A DNA stretch of 64,000 bases from Patescibacteria group bacterium (GCA_041651535.1 JBAZIZ010000005.1:26188-90187), one strand, 5' to 3'. Shown: positions 19,788-29,954, numbered from the stretch's first letter. The notes: generated by a model not told the origin, from the letters alone. Translations and numbers: made by a program.

Positions 19788-20717
19788 ATGGATTTGTTTG
19801 CCAAATATAAATCAAGAATTTTTTTGGCTCCAATGGTTGATCTGACTGACAGCCCTTTTTGTTTTATTTGCAGAAAAGTTGCTGGTAAAAATTTTGTAAT
19901 TTTTCGTGAAATGCTTAGTGCTGAAGCTATTGCACGTCGCAATGAAAAAACATTAAAAAAATGTGGATATCAAAAAATTGAAAGACCAATAATTCATCAA
20001 ATTTTTGGTTCTAATCCAAAAACTTTAGTCACAGCTGCAAAAATTATTGTTAATGAATTTGGAACTGACGGTATAGATATCAATATGGGTTGTCCAGTAC
20101 CAAAAATAACAAAAAAAAATAAAGCCGGTGCTTCTTTGATGAAAGATCCAAAATTAGCTGGAGAACTTATAAAAAAATTAAAAGAAGCAAATTTAGGAGT
20201 TCCAATAAGTGTTAAAACTAGACTTGGTTGGTCAGATAAAAATGAAATATTAAATTTTGGAAAAGAATTACAAAAAGCAGGAGTTGATTTTTTGTCAGTG
20301 CATGGACGAACAAAATCGCAAGCATATAGTGGAAAAGCTGATTGGGAAATGATTAAAAAAATAAAAGAAGAATTAGTAATTCCAATAATTGCCAATGGCG
20401 ATATAAAAAATAAAGAAGATATAAAAAAATGTTTTGATATTACAAAAGCAGACGGAGTGATGATCGGTAGAGGAGCACTTGGTAATCCGTGGATTTTTTC
20501 TGATAAAGATAAAACTTTAAAAGAAATAAAAAAGATTGTTTTATTACATGCTAAGAAACATCAAAAATTTTATGGTAAAGAAAATGGTTTGAAAACTTTT
20601 CGTAAACATTTACTTTTTTATTTTAAAGGAATAAACAATATAAAAGAAATAAAATTAGAATTAGTAAAAGTCGAAAATATTAAACAATTAAAAAAAGTTT
20701 TAAAGAAAATAAATTAA
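19788..20717 (+). CDS. dus: tRNA-dihydrouridine synthase
   Basis: LAPMVDLTDSPFCFICRK, GIDINMGCPVPKI and the TIM-barrel Dus family pattern. 309 aa. Confidence 0.85.
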   Translation: MDLFAKYKSRIFLAPMVDLTDSPFCFICRKVAGKNFVIFREMLSAEAIARRNEKTLKKCGYQKIERPIIHQIFGSNPKTLVTAAKIIVNEFGTDGIDINMGCPVPKITKKNKAGASLMKDPKLAGELIKKLKEANLGVPISVKTRLGWSDKNEILNFGKELQKAGVDFLSVHGRTKSQAYSGKADWEMIKKIKEELVIPIIANGDIKNKEDIKKCFDITKADGVMIGRGALGNPWIFSDKDKTLKEIKKIVLLHAKKHQKFYGKENGLKTFRKHLLFYFKGINNIKEIKLELVKVENIKQLKKVLKKIN

Positions 20718-20856
20718 TTTTAGAATTATGATCTATGATCTATGATTTTAGATTTTTTAAATATATTTTTGTTTTTTTATTTAAAATCAAAGTTAATAAA
20801 ATAATTGACAAAATAGTTATTTTATGTTACATTAGATCATTAGTTCTTTACAAAAA

Positions 20857-20958
20857 TCTCCAAAAAATTTATATACAAAACTTTCATTTAGATAAATAAA
20901 ATTATTTGTTTAAATGAAGGTTTTGTGGATTTAATTATTTTTTTTGTTGGAGATTAAA
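20857..20958 (+). promoter_or_regulatory. Conserved cis-regulatory leader, copy A (second copy at 32922-33026)
   Basis: About 100 nt, nearly identical to the region upstream of 33027. Internal inverted repeat aaactttcatttaga-N18-tttaaatgaaggttt. The 5' ctccaaaaaa is complementary to tttttgttggag just before the ATG, so it could sequester the GGAG RBS. Confidence 0.45.
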
Positions 20959-21123
20959 ATGAAAGAAATTAAAAAACATCTTTCCAAATTTGTATTGAGT
21001 TATTTATGGGCCACAGTAAGTGTGTGCCCTTTGACTTTGATGGTAGTGTATTCGGAACTTTTGTCAGTTACGAATTTAATCGGGTTCTTGTATTTTATTT
21101 TTTTATTTTTTTTGTTCCATTAA
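20959..21123 (+). CDS. Small hydrophobic peptide ORF downstream of leader copy A
   Basis: The ATG is 8 nt after GGAG in the same arrangement as the gene at 33027. 54 aa, MKEIKKHLSKFVLSYLWATVSVCPL.... It is below the ORF-track length cut-off. Confidence 0.3.
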   Translation: MKEIKKHLSKFVLSYLWATVSVCPLTLMVVYSELLSVTNLIGFLYFIFLFFLFH

Positions 21124-21419
21124 TAATGGATTTGAAATTACGGGAAGATGATCTCGCTATGAAGTATTTAAAGTCATCATACTTTTGGTACTTATTCGGG
21201 ATGTGTCCAACTTTTTATTTGGGAAATTGGCTCGTAATTTCCATTAATAGAAGGATAACAGAAGAAATTTTCTTTTCTTCTTTCCTATTCGTATTATTTT
21301 TTTTGGTCAGTAAAGTTCCTTTTTATTTAAAAATTTTTGAAATAAAGCAGGGGGAGTTTACTATCGTAAAATACGATAGCATGGGTAATCCGATGATTAC
21401 CCAAAGGACTAAACTTTGA
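21006..21419 (+). CDS. Hypothetical ORF; doubtful; overlaps the small ORF in another frame
   Basis: 137-aa ORF. Its 3' part contains hairpins (tatcgtaaaatacgata, gggtaatccgatgattaccc), suggesting an RNA structure rather than coding sequence. Confidence 0.2.
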   Translation: MGHSKCVPFDFDGSVFGTFVSYEFNRVLVFYFFIFFVPLIMDLKLREDDLAMKYLKSSYFWYLFGMCPTFYLGNWLVISINRRITEEIFFSSFLFVLFFLVSKVPFYLKIFEIKQGEFTIVKYDSMGNPMITQRTKL

Positions 21420-21424
21420 TATGT

Positions 21425-21455
21425 TATCTTTTTTTGAGCCGGCTCACGTCGGCTC
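21425..21455. terminator. Intrinsic terminator
   Basis: gagccggctcacgtcggctc hairpin followed by a T-run. Confidence 0.45.
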
Positions 21456-21664
21456 TTTTTTATTTAAAAATTTTTTAAAAACAAAAAACTCCCTTATAAG
21501 GAGTTTAATTTTTTATAAACAGAATTCTAAAATCTAGCTATGTCTGTCGACAGGCAGGAATCAAAAATCTTAAATAAAAAAATAACCTTGTTCAGGTTAT
21601 TTTTTACTTTTTCCTTTTAAAATTAGACTTTTAACTAATAAAAAAAACTCCTTAGGCGTTTTTT

Positions 21665-23218
21665 TTATTTTGCGTATTCTATAACTCTAGTTTCACGAAT
21701 AACATTTACTTTAATTTCACCAGGATATTGTAATTCATTTTCAATTTTTCTAGCAATATCTTTAGCTAAATTATATGCTTCGTAATCATCAACTTCTTCT
21801 GGTTTGACAAAAATTCTAACTTCACGACCTGCTTGAATTGCATAAACTTTGTCAATTCCTGGAAAATCTTTTGCAGTTGCTTCTAATTCTTCTAATCTAG
21901 TAACATATTGTTCATAAGTATCACGTCTAGCTCCAACTCGAGAACTAGAAATCGCATCAGCTGCTTTTACTATTTGAGTAATAAGTGATTCAGGTTTATC
22001 TTCGTGGTGTTCTAAAGCTGCTTTTACTATTTCTTCTGCTAAACCATATTTTTTTAAAATTGTAGCTCCGATTTCAGGATGAGAACCTTGAGTTTCTTGG
22101 TCTACTGATTTTCCAATATCATGGAAAAAACCAGCTTTTTTTGCCAAGTTTGGATCTATTCCTAACTCTTCGGCCATAAGTGCTGATAATTGAGCAACTT
22201 CAATTGAATGATTTAAAATATTTTGGCCATAGCTAGTTCGATATTTTAATCTACCAACAATAGAAACCAATTTTGGATCAATACCAGCAATACCAAGTTT
22301 ATATAAAGATTCTTCGCCAGCTTGTTTTATATCAACAGCTAATTCTTTTTTTGCTTCTTCAATAAATTCTTCTATTCTAGCTGGTTGGATTCTACCATCT
22401 TTAATCAATTTTTCTAAAGCAATTTGAACTACACGACGACGAATAGGGGAAAAACCTGAAATTAAAATAATGTCTGGTGTATCATCAATGATAAGTTCAC
22501 ATCCAGTCATTTTTTCTATAGTTTTTATATTGCGTCCATCTTTACCAATAATTCTACCTTTCATTTCGTCATTTGGTAAACTCACTGCAGTTGAAGTAGT
22601 TTCGCTAGAATGGTCAGCTGCGCATCTTTGGATTGAGTTTAAAATAATTTCTTTAGCCTTTTGTTCGTATTTTTCACTGTGGCTTTTTTCAATTTTTTGA
22701 ATGCGACCATAAAGTTCCTCAGCTGATTCTTCTTCAACAACTTTGATAATTTCATCTTTTGCTTCTGCTTTTGAATAACCTGAAACTGATTCTAATTTTT
22801 TTTCGGTTTGAATTTTTAAATCATCAATCTTGGCTTTGATGGCATGAATTTCATCAGCTTTTTTTTGTAAAGCGGTTTTTCTTTCTTCAATCTCCATTAA
22901 TTTTTGATCAAACATAGCTTCTCTTTTTTCCAAACGAGATTGTGTATTTTGAATTTCATGTCGTCTTTCGTTTTCTTCTTTTTTTGCTTGGTCTATGATT
23001 TTTATAGCTTGTTCTTTAGCTTGTAAAAGCAATTCTTTTTCTTTGTTTTTTGCTTCCACAATCATTTTTTCGGCTTTTGCTTCAACCGAATTGGCTTTAG
23101 CTTGACCGACTTGTTTACGAATAAAATATCCCAGTCCTATGCCTAATCCAAGTCCGGCTAAGGCTGAAAATAATATAAATAATTCTGACATATAAATAAA
23201 AAAACTCATAACTATCAA
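21665..23218 (-). CDS. rny: Ribonuclease Y
   Basis: N-terminal TM helix, coiled-coil, KH domain (GRIIGKDGRNIKTIEKMTG) and HD domain (FFHDIGK). 517 aa. Confidence 0.9.
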   Translation of the reverse strand: MIVMSFFIYMSELFILFSALAGLGLGIGLGYFIRKQVGQAKANSVEAKAEKMIVEAKNKEKELLLQAKEQAIKIIDQAKKEENERRHEIQNTQSRLEKREAMFDQKLMEIEERKTALQKKADEIHAIKAKIDDLKIQTEKKLESVSGYSKAEAKDEIIKVVEEESAEELYGRIQKIEKSHSEKYEQKAKEIILNSIQRCAADHSSETTSTAVSLPNDEMKGRIIGKDGRNIKTIEKMTGCELIIDDTPDIILISGFSPIRRRVVQIALEKLIKDGRIQPARIEEFIEEAKKELAVDIKQAGEESLYKLGIAGIDPKLVSIVGRLKYRTSYGQNILNHSIEVAQLSALMAEELGIDPNLAKKAGFFHDIGKSVDQETQGSHPEIGATILKKYGLAEEIVKAALEHHEDKPESLITQIVKAADAISSSRVGARRDTYEQYVTRLEELEATAKDFPGIDKVYAIQAGREVRIFVKPEEVDDYEAYNLAKDIARKIENELQYPGEIKVNVIRETRVIEYAK

Positions 23219-23543
23219 AGTTTGAGTCTAAGTTATCAAAAAATAATTAGTAAAAATTTTCCCTATTTTAAAAAACAAAAAAGTAAGCTTAACTCAGCTC
23301 TATCTTTGTTTTTTTGTCTAAAATAAGGGATTTTTTCATAAAAATAAGATTTTTTACTATTTATTTTATTTCATTCTTAAACTAACTTTACTGATAGTAT
23401 TTTTAATTAAATCTAAAAACATCTTATCAAAAAAAATGTTTTTTGTCAATTATGCCATTTTTTAGCCATTTTTTAATTATGTTTTTTTACTTTTTATTGT
23501 TTTTATTTTATAATATGTTAATTACTTTAAAATAAAAATATAT

Positions 23544-25364
23544 ATGAAAAATAAAGAACTAAAAAATATTGCTAAACTTTTGCGATATTATATTTTATCT
23601 TCTACAACTGTAGCTGGTTCTGGACACCCAACTTCATCTTTGTCAGCTGTAGAAATTATGACAGCTTTGTTTTTTAATGGTTTTTTTAAAACTGATTTAA
23701 ATGATCCAAGTAATAAAAATAATGATCGACTAGTTTTTTCCAAAGGACATGCTGCACCTTTACTTTATTCTTTGTATACAGTTTTGGGAGTTTTATCCGA
23801 AAAAGAACTTTTAACTTTACGAAAATTTGATTCAAAATTAGAAGGTCATCCTACAATGAATTTTAAATATACAGAAGCAGCTACTGGATCTCTTGGCCAA
23901 GGATTATCAATCGGAGTCGGCACAGCTTTAAATGCAAAAATTGATAGTTTAAATTATAAAACTTATGTTTTATTAGGAGACAGCGAAATTGCGGAAGGTT
24001 CAGTTTGGGAAGCTGTCCAATTAGCTAGTTATTATAAATTGAATAATTTGGTTGCTATAATAGATATCAATAGTTTAGGACAAAGAGGCAAAACAATGTT
24101 AGCTTATGATTTAAAAACTTACAAAAAAAGATTCAAAAGTTTTGGTTGGAAAACTTTTATTGTTGATGGTAAAAATATTTGTCAATTAAAAAAAGTTTTT
24201 GCGCGTGCCACTAAAGAAAAGAATAAACCAGTTTGTATTTTAGCTAAAACTAAAAAAGGACAGGGAATTAGTTTTTTGGAAAATAAAGAAAATTGGCATG
24301 GAAAAACTTTAAATGAAAATGAACTTAAATCAGCTTTAAAAGAACTTGGGGTTATAAATAAAAATATAAAATATACAATAAAAAATCCAGATTTTTTTTC
24401 TCCAGCCAAAAAAGAAAAAAAACGTTTTGATTTAAAAATATATAAAATCGGAGAAAAAATTTCACCACGACAAGCCTATGGTTATGAATTGATAAATTTG
24501 TTTCAAGCTCACCCAGATTTTTTGGTTTTAGATGCTGAAACAGGTAATTCAACTTGTGCAAAAGTTTTTGCTGAAGCTTACCCACAAAATTTTTTTGAAA
24601 TGTTTATAGCTGAACAAAATATGGTCGGCACTGCTTTAGGTCTGTCTAGTCGTGGCAAAAAAGTTTTTGCTTCTACTTTTTCTGCTTTTTTAACTAGAGC
24701 TTTTGACCAAATTCGAATGGCGGCCTACTCCAAAGCAAATATCAGTTTTGTTGGTTCACACGCTGGAGTTTCAATTGGTCCTGATGGTGTTTCTCAAATG
24801 GGATTAGAAGATATTGCTATGTTTAGAACAATTTTTAATTCAGTAATTTTTTATCCAGCCGACGCTGTCAGTTTGGGAAAAATTTTGAAATTGATGATTG
24901 ATTATTCAAATATTTCTTATTTACGCACAACCAGACAAGATTTACCTGTAATTTATGATTATGATGAAGAATTCAAAATTGGTGGTTCAAAAATTTTGCG
25001 TTCAAATAAAAAAGATACTGTGTCTTTAGTTGGTGCTGGAATAACTTTGCATGAGTGTCTTAAAGCTTATGAAATTTTAAAAGAAAAGAAAATTTATGCT
25101 AGAGTAATTGATTTGTATTCAATAAAACCGTTAGATATAGAAACTTTAAAAACAGCTTTAAAAGAAACAAAAAAAATAATTGTAGTTGAAGATCATTATA
25201 AACAAGGTGGAATTTATGAAGCGATTTGTACAGAACTTGCAAATGAAAAAGGGGAGATAATAAGTTTAGCTGTAAATAAAATGCCACATTCTGGAACGTC
25301 GGAAGAATTATTGAATTATGAAGAGATAAATGCAGAGAATATTGTTGATAAAGTAAAAAGTTAA
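23544..25364 (+). CDS. tkt: Transketolase (single-chain, short form)
   Basis: GSGHPTSSLSAVEIM, GSLGQGLSIGVG (ThDP motif), and the C-terminal pyrimidine-binding domain. 606 aa. Confidence 0.85.
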   Translation: MKNKELKNIAKLLRYYILSSTTVAGSGHPTSSLSAVEIMTALFFNGFFKTDLNDPSNKNNDRLVFSKGHAAPLLYSLYTVLGVLSEKELLTLRKFDSKLEGHPTMNFKYTEAATGSLGQGLSIGVGTALNAKIDSLNYKTYVLLGDSEIAEGSVWEAVQLASYYKLNNLVAIIDINSLGQRGKTMLAYDLKTYKKRFKSFGWKTFIVDGKNICQLKKVFARATKEKNKPVCILAKTKKGQGISFLENKENWHGKTLNENELKSALKELGVINKNIKYTIKNPDFFSPAKKEKKRFDLKIYKIGEKISPRQAYGYELINLFQAHPDFLVLDAETGNSTCAKVFAEAYPQNFFEMFIAEQNMVGTALGLSSRGKKVFASTFSAFLTRAFDQIRMAAYSKANISFVGSHAGVSIGPDGVSQMGLEDIAMFRTIFNSVIFYPADAVSLGKILKLMIDYSNISYLRTTRQDLPVIYDYDEEFKIGGSKILRSNKKDTVSLVGAGITLHECLKAYEILKEKKIYARVIDLYSIKPLDIETLKTALKETKKIIVVEDHYKQGGIYEAICTELANEKGEIISLAVNKMPHSGTSEELLNYEEINAENIVDKVKS

Positions 25365-25365
25365 A

Positions 25366-25390
25366 AGTAAACCTGCCTGCCGGCAGGCAG
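25366..25390. terminator. GC-rich perfect palindrome after tkt
   Basis: cctgcctgccggcaggcagg is a 10-bp-arm perfect palindrome directly after the stop codon. Confidence 0.45.
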
Positions 25391-25472
25391 GAAGTCAAAA
25401 GATTTCGTTAAATAAGACAGTCTGAGATATGGCTGTTTTTATTTAAGATTTATGATTTTAGATTTAAGAGTT

Positions 25473-26020
25473 AAAACAAATTTTAAACAATGAATAAACA
25501 CTGGGAAATTTAACAAATTAAAATAAACAAAACTTACTCTTTTGTCATTTCGTAGCGAAGCGGAGAAATCCCTTAGACTTCTTAAAACATTATATTTTGT
25601 TTTAAAGAAAAATTAGTGGCAACTCACTGTTTAAGGGATGTTTCACCCTCACTTCGTTCGGTTCAACATGACAAAAGTGGTTGTGAATTTGTTTTTTAGC
25701 TAGGATATTTGTTTATGATTGGTTTATTTTATAAAACAAATTTTAAACAATGAATAAACACTGGGAAATTTAACAAATTAAAATAAACAAAACTTACCCT
25801 TTTGTCATTTCGTAGCGAAGCGGAGAAATCCCTTAGACTTCTTAAAACATTATATTTTGTTTTAAAGAAAAATTAGTGGCAACTCACTGTTTAAGGGATG
25901 TTTCACCCTCACTTCGTTCGGTTCAACATGACAAAAGTGGTTGTGAATTTGTTTTTTAGCTAGGATATTTGTTTATGATTGGTTTATTTTATAAAACAAA
26001 TTTTAAACAATGAATAAACA
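25473..26020. repeat. Tandem 260-bp repeat (2 full units plus a 28-bp partial), each unit carrying a MITE-like element
   Basis: Units 25473-25732 and 25733-25992 are near-identical. Each contains ttttgtcat-ttcgtagcgaagcggagaa-atcccttagac ... gtttaagggat-gtttcaccctcacttcgttcggttcaac-atgacaaaag (25540-25677 and 25800-25937). Confidence 0.8.
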
Positions 26021-26121
26021 CAAAAAGAATAGTAAATTAAAGTAGATAAAATTTATTTTTTCCTTTTTAATTTTTATTTTTGAATTTGTAAAGTTATCCA
26101 CTTTTTTTATTTTTGAATTAT

Positions 26122-26150
26122 TTGACACTTTTTTCTGTTCATGTTATATT
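26122..26150 (+). promoter_or_regulatory. Sigma-70-like promoter of the hrcA operon (TTGACA-17-TATATT)
   Basis: ttgaca at 26122-26127, a 17-nt spacer, tatatt at 26145-26150. It overlaps the CIRCE-like operator. Confidence 0.5.
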
Positions 26151-26175
26151 ATCACTCGTAAGTATAGAGTGATAA
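26149..26175 (+). promoter_or_regulatory. CIRCE-like HrcA operator (TTATCACTC-N9-GAGTGATAA)
   Basis: Perfect 9-bp inverted repeat with a 9-nt spacer, one position off the canonical TTAGCACTC-N9-GAGTGCTAA. It sits immediately upstream of hrcA. Confidence 0.65.
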
Positions 26176-26180
26176 AACAT

Positions 26181-26858
26181 ATGAATAATCGTCAAGATAA
26201 AATTTTACAGTTTATCATAGAAAATTATATTAAAGATGCTGAACCAGTTGGTTCAAAATTTTTGATATCTAATTTTGATTTGGAAATAGGTGAAGCCACT
26301 GCTAGAAATGAAATGCGTTCTTTGGAAGAACAAGGTTTTTTGTCGCATCCACACACTTCATCAGGTAGAATTCCAACTGAAACTGGTTATAAATATTATA
26401 TAAACAATTTAATGAAACCAAAGAAAATTTCCACTCGTGATAGTGAAGATATAATAAAAATTTTAGCAGAAAAAGATGAAGAAAATAGATTAAAACTTTT
26501 AGGCAAAATTTTAGCAGAAAAAACTGGTTTGGCTGTGATAGTTAATATCAAAAAAGATTTTATTTATTATACTGGACTTTCTAATTTATTTTCTCAGCCA
26601 GAATTTAGAGATTATAATTTAACGATTAATGTTTCAGGAATTTTTGATCGTTGTGAACATCGAATTTGTGATTTGAATAATAAAATGAAGACCAAAGAAA
26701 TCCAATGTTTTCTAGGAAAAGAAAATCCTTTGGATGCTACTTGTTCACTTTTTGGTTTAAAAATTTCTGACCATAAAATAATCACTGTTTTAAGTCCACT
26801 GCGTACTGATTATAAAAAAGTATTTTCTTATTTCAATTATTTAAAAGAATTATTTTAA
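26181..26858 (+). CDS. hrcA: Heat-inducible transcription repressor HrcA (short form)
   Basis: MNNRQDKILQFIIENYIKDAEPVGSKFL winged-helix N-terminus. The start is set at the ATG after the operator; the ORF-track start 26169 overlaps CIRCE. Confidence 0.75.
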   Translation: MNNRQDKILQFIIENYIKDAEPVGSKFLISNFDLEIGEATARNEMRSLEEQGFLSHPHTSSGRIPTETGYKYYINNLMKPKKISTRDSEDIIKILAEKDEENRLKLLGKILAEKTGLAVIVNIKKDFIYYTGLSNLFSQPEFRDYNLTINVSGIFDRCEHRICDLNNKMKTKEIQCFLGKENPLDATCSLFGLKISDHKIITVLSPLRTDYKKVFSYFNYLKELF

Positions 26859-26864
26859 TTTTAT

Positions 26865-27377
26865 ATGACAGAAGAACAAATAAAACCAAAAACAAAAATA
26901 CGGCAAATAAAAATTTCAGAAACCGAATTGGATAAATTAAAAAATGAAACAGCTGAATATAAAAGTGGCTGGCAAAGAGCTCGAGCAGACTATGAAAATC
27001 TTTTAAGAGAAACTGAAATAAAAAGAAAAGAATATTTAGATTGGAGTCGAGCACAAATTTTGGAAGAATTTATTCCAATATATGATAATTTTAAAAAAGC
27101 TTTTAGTGTAGAATTTGGGGAAATCGATCAAAAAACAGAAAATTGGAAAAAAGGAATAGAATATATTATGAAGCAGTTTCGTTCAGTCTTAGCTAATAAT
27201 AATATTGAAGAAATAAAAACTGTGGGAGAAAAATTTGATGCTAATTTGCATGAAGCAGTTTCAGAAGAAGAAGGACAAAATGGTGAAGAGAGTGGAATAA
27301 TTTTAAAAGAAATTGAAGCTGGGTATCTCATGAATGGAAAAATTATAAAAGTAGCCAAAGTAATAACATCTAAATAA
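26865..27377 (+). CDS. grpE: Nucleotide exchange factor GrpE
   Basis: GWQRARADYENLLRETE and the C-terminal beta domain. 170 aa. Confidence 0.85.
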   Translation: MTEEQIKPKTKIRQIKISETELDKLKNETAEYKSGWQRARADYENLLRETEIKRKEYLDWSRAQILEEFIPIYDNFKKAFSVEFGEIDQKTENWKKGIEYIMKQFRSVLANNNIEEIKTVGEKFDANLHEAVSEEEGQNGEESGIILKEIEAGYLMNGKIIKVAKVITSK

Positions 27378-27401
27378 AAATAAATTTTAATTTTAAAATA
27401 T

Positions 27402-27830
27402 ATGTCAATTATAAAATATAATAATGCGCCTAATCCTTTTCAAGAAATGGAAGAATTAATGAAAGATTTTCCATTAATGAAAGAAAATCATTTATTAAAA
27501 TCTTTTGTCCCAGCAATGGATATCTACGAAACAGAAAAAGATGTAATAGTAGAAGCTCCTTTGGCAGGTGTAAAAATTGAAGATATTGAAGTAAGTATTG
27601 AAAAAGGAATTTTATCAATTCAAGGACAAAATAAAAAAGAACATGAAATTGATGAAAAAAATTATTATCGTAAAGAAATTAGAAGTGGATCATTTTTTAG
27701 ACAAATTACTTTGCCAACTCCAGTTGTTGAAGAAAAAATTAATGCTGAATTTGAAAATGGAATTTTAAAAATCACTTGTCCAAAAAAAGAAAAAACTACT
27801 GCTAAAAAAATAAGCATTAAAATAAAGTAA
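27402..27830 (+). CDS. Hsp20/alpha-crystallin small heat-shock protein
   Basis: FVPAMDIYETEKDVIVEAPLAGVKIEDIEV...ENGILKITCPK alpha-crystallin domain pattern. Confidence 0.8.
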   Translation: MSIIKYNNAPNPFQEMEELMKDFPLMKENHLLKSFVPAMDIYETEKDVIVEAPLAGVKIEDIEVSIEKGILSIQGQNKKEHEIDEKNYYRKEIRSGSFFRQITLPTPVVEEKINAEFENGILKITCPKKEKTTAKKISIKIK

Positions 27831-28040
27831 AAAGCAAAAAGGAAAAAGTCAAAAATTTTCAATAAGAATGGATAAAATATAAAATTTGTTTATCTAAAAA
27901 AACAAAGTTTATATAAAAAACTTTCTTTAAAAAATGACTTTAGACTTTTGACTTTTGACTTATAACATTTAAATCAAAATAAACACAGCAAATTACAAAA
28001 ATTTACTAAAAAAATTTAATCATTAATTAATATAAAAATT

Positions 28041-29954
28041 ATGTCAAAAATATTAGGTATAGATCTTGGAACTACAAACAGTTGTATGGCAATTGTTGAA
28101 GGTGGCCAAGTAAAAGTTTTGGAAAATAAAGAAGGAAACAGAACAACTCCTTCAATGATTGCTAATACAAAAATTGGCGAAATTTTAGTTGGTCAATTAG
28201 CAAAAAGACAAGCAATTACCAATCCAAAAAATACTCTTTATTCAATAAAAAGATTGATCGGTAGAAGACCAAATGATCAAGAAGTTGCTGAAATGAAAAA
28301 ACATTCTCCTTTTGAAATCGTAGCTGAAGGCGAAAAAATAAAAGTAAAAATGGGAGAAAAAACTTATAGCCCACAAGAAATTTCTGCAATGATACTTAGA
28401 AAATTAAAAGAAGATGCAGAAGCTAAATTGGGTGAAAAAATAACTGAAGCTGTGATTACAGTTCCAGCATATTTTGATGATTCTCAAAGACAAGCTACTA
28501 AAGATGCTGGACAAATTGCAGGTTTAGAAGTAAAACGTATTATTAACGAACCAACAGCAGCAGCTTTTGCTTATGGTTTTGACAAGAAAAAAGATCAACA
28601 AATAGCAGTTTATGATTTAGGTGGTGGTACTTTTGATATTTCTATTTTGGAAATTACTCATGATAACGAAGAAAATAATTCTACAGTTGAAGTAAAATCT
28701 ACTAATGGTAATACTTATCTTGGTGGTGATGATTTTGATCAAAAAATTATTGAATGGATTTTAGCAGAATTTAAAAAACAAGAAGGAACTGACTTGGGGA
28801 CAGATCCTTTAGCTTTGCAAAGAGTAAAAGATGCAGCTGAAAAAGCAAAAATTGAACTTTCAAGTACTCCAGAAACAGAAATCAATGAACCGTTTATCAC
28901 TGCTGGAGCTGAAGGTCCAAAACATTTAAATTTAAAATTAAATCGCGCTAAATTAGAAGAATTAGTTGGTGATTTAGTAGAAAAAACTTTGATTCCAGTT
29001 CAAAAAGCTTTAGATGATGCTGGATTTAAAAAAGAAGATATTGATGAAGTAGTTTTGGTTGGTGGTATGACTCGTATGCCTTTAGTTCAAAAGAAAGTTG
29101 AAGAATTTTTTGGTAAAAAACCAAATTCAAGTGTTAACCCAGACGAAGTTGTGGCTGCTGGTGCAGCTATCCAAGCTGGACAACTTCAAGGTGATCTTGG
29201 AAAAGATATATTACTTTTGGATGTAACACCACTTTCACTTGGACTTGAAACTTTAGGCGGTGTATCGACTAAAATTATTGAACGAAATACTACAATTCCA
29301 ACCAGTAAATCACAAGTATTTTCTACAGCAGCTGATAATCAACCAGGAGTAGAAATTCATGTTTTACAAGGTGAAAGAGAAATGGCTGCTGATAATAAAT
29401 CTTTAGGAAGATTTATGCTTGAAGGAATTCCACCAGCACCACGTGGTGTTCCACAAGTTGAAGTTACTTTTGATATTGATGCAAATGGTATTTTAAATGT
29501 TAAAGCTGTTGATAAAGCTACTAATAAAGCACAATCAATTAGAATAGAAGCTTCTTCTGGATTAAGTAAAGAAGAAATTGAAAAAATGAAAAAAGATGCT
29601 GAAGCTAATGCCGAAGTTGATAAAAAGAAAAGAGAATTGATTGATATAAAAAATACAGCTGAAACTCTTGCGTACACTTCAGAAAAAATGTTAAAAGAAG
29701 TAGAAGAAAAGAAAATTGAAATTACTGCTGATGAAAAGAAAAAAGTTGAAGATGGAATAAAAAATTTAAAAGAAATTTTAAAAGGAGATGATCTTGAAGC
29801 TATAAAAAAAGCTAGTGAAGAACTTTCTCGTGATGCCCAAGTTGTTGGCCAAAAAATGTATAAAACTAATTCTGATAATAAAACAGCAGAATCACAAGCT
29901 GAAGATAACAAAAAAAATGATGGTGAATCAGTTGAAGGAGAAGTTGTAAAATAA
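28041..29954 (+). CDS. dnaK: Chaperone DnaK (Hsp70)
   Basis: [41 protein letters not shown]. 637 aa. Confidence 0.95.
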   Translation: MSKILGIDLGTTNSCMAIVEGGQVKVLENKEGNRTTPSMIANTKIGEILVGQLAKRQAITNPKNTLYSIKRLIGRRPNDQEVAEMKKHSPFEIVAEGEKIKVKMGEKTYSPQEISAMILRKLKEDAEAKLGEKITEAVITVPAYFDDSQRQATKDAGQIAGLEVKRIINEPTAAAFAYGFDKKKDQQIAVYDLGGGTFDISILEITHDNEENNSTVEVKSTNGNTYLGGDDFDQKIIEWILAEFKKQEGTDLGTDPLALQRVKDAAEKAKIELSSTPETEINEPFITAGAEGPKHLNLKLNRAKLEELVGDLVEKTLIPVQKALDDAGFKKEDIDEVVLVGGMTRMPLVQKKVEEFFGKKPNSSVNPDEVVAAGAAIQAGQLQGDLGKDILLLDVTPLSLGLETLGGVSTKIIERNTTIPTSKSQVFSTAADNQPGVEIHVLQGEREMAADNKSLGRFMLEGIPPAPRGVPQVEVTFDIDANGILNVKAVDKATNKAQSIRIEASSGLSKEEIEKMKKDAEANAEVDKKKRELIDIKNTAETLAYTSEKMLKEVEEKKIEITADEKKKVEDGIKNLKEILKGDDLEAIKKASEELSRDAQVVGQKMYKTNSDNKTAESQAEDNKKNDGESVEGEVVK

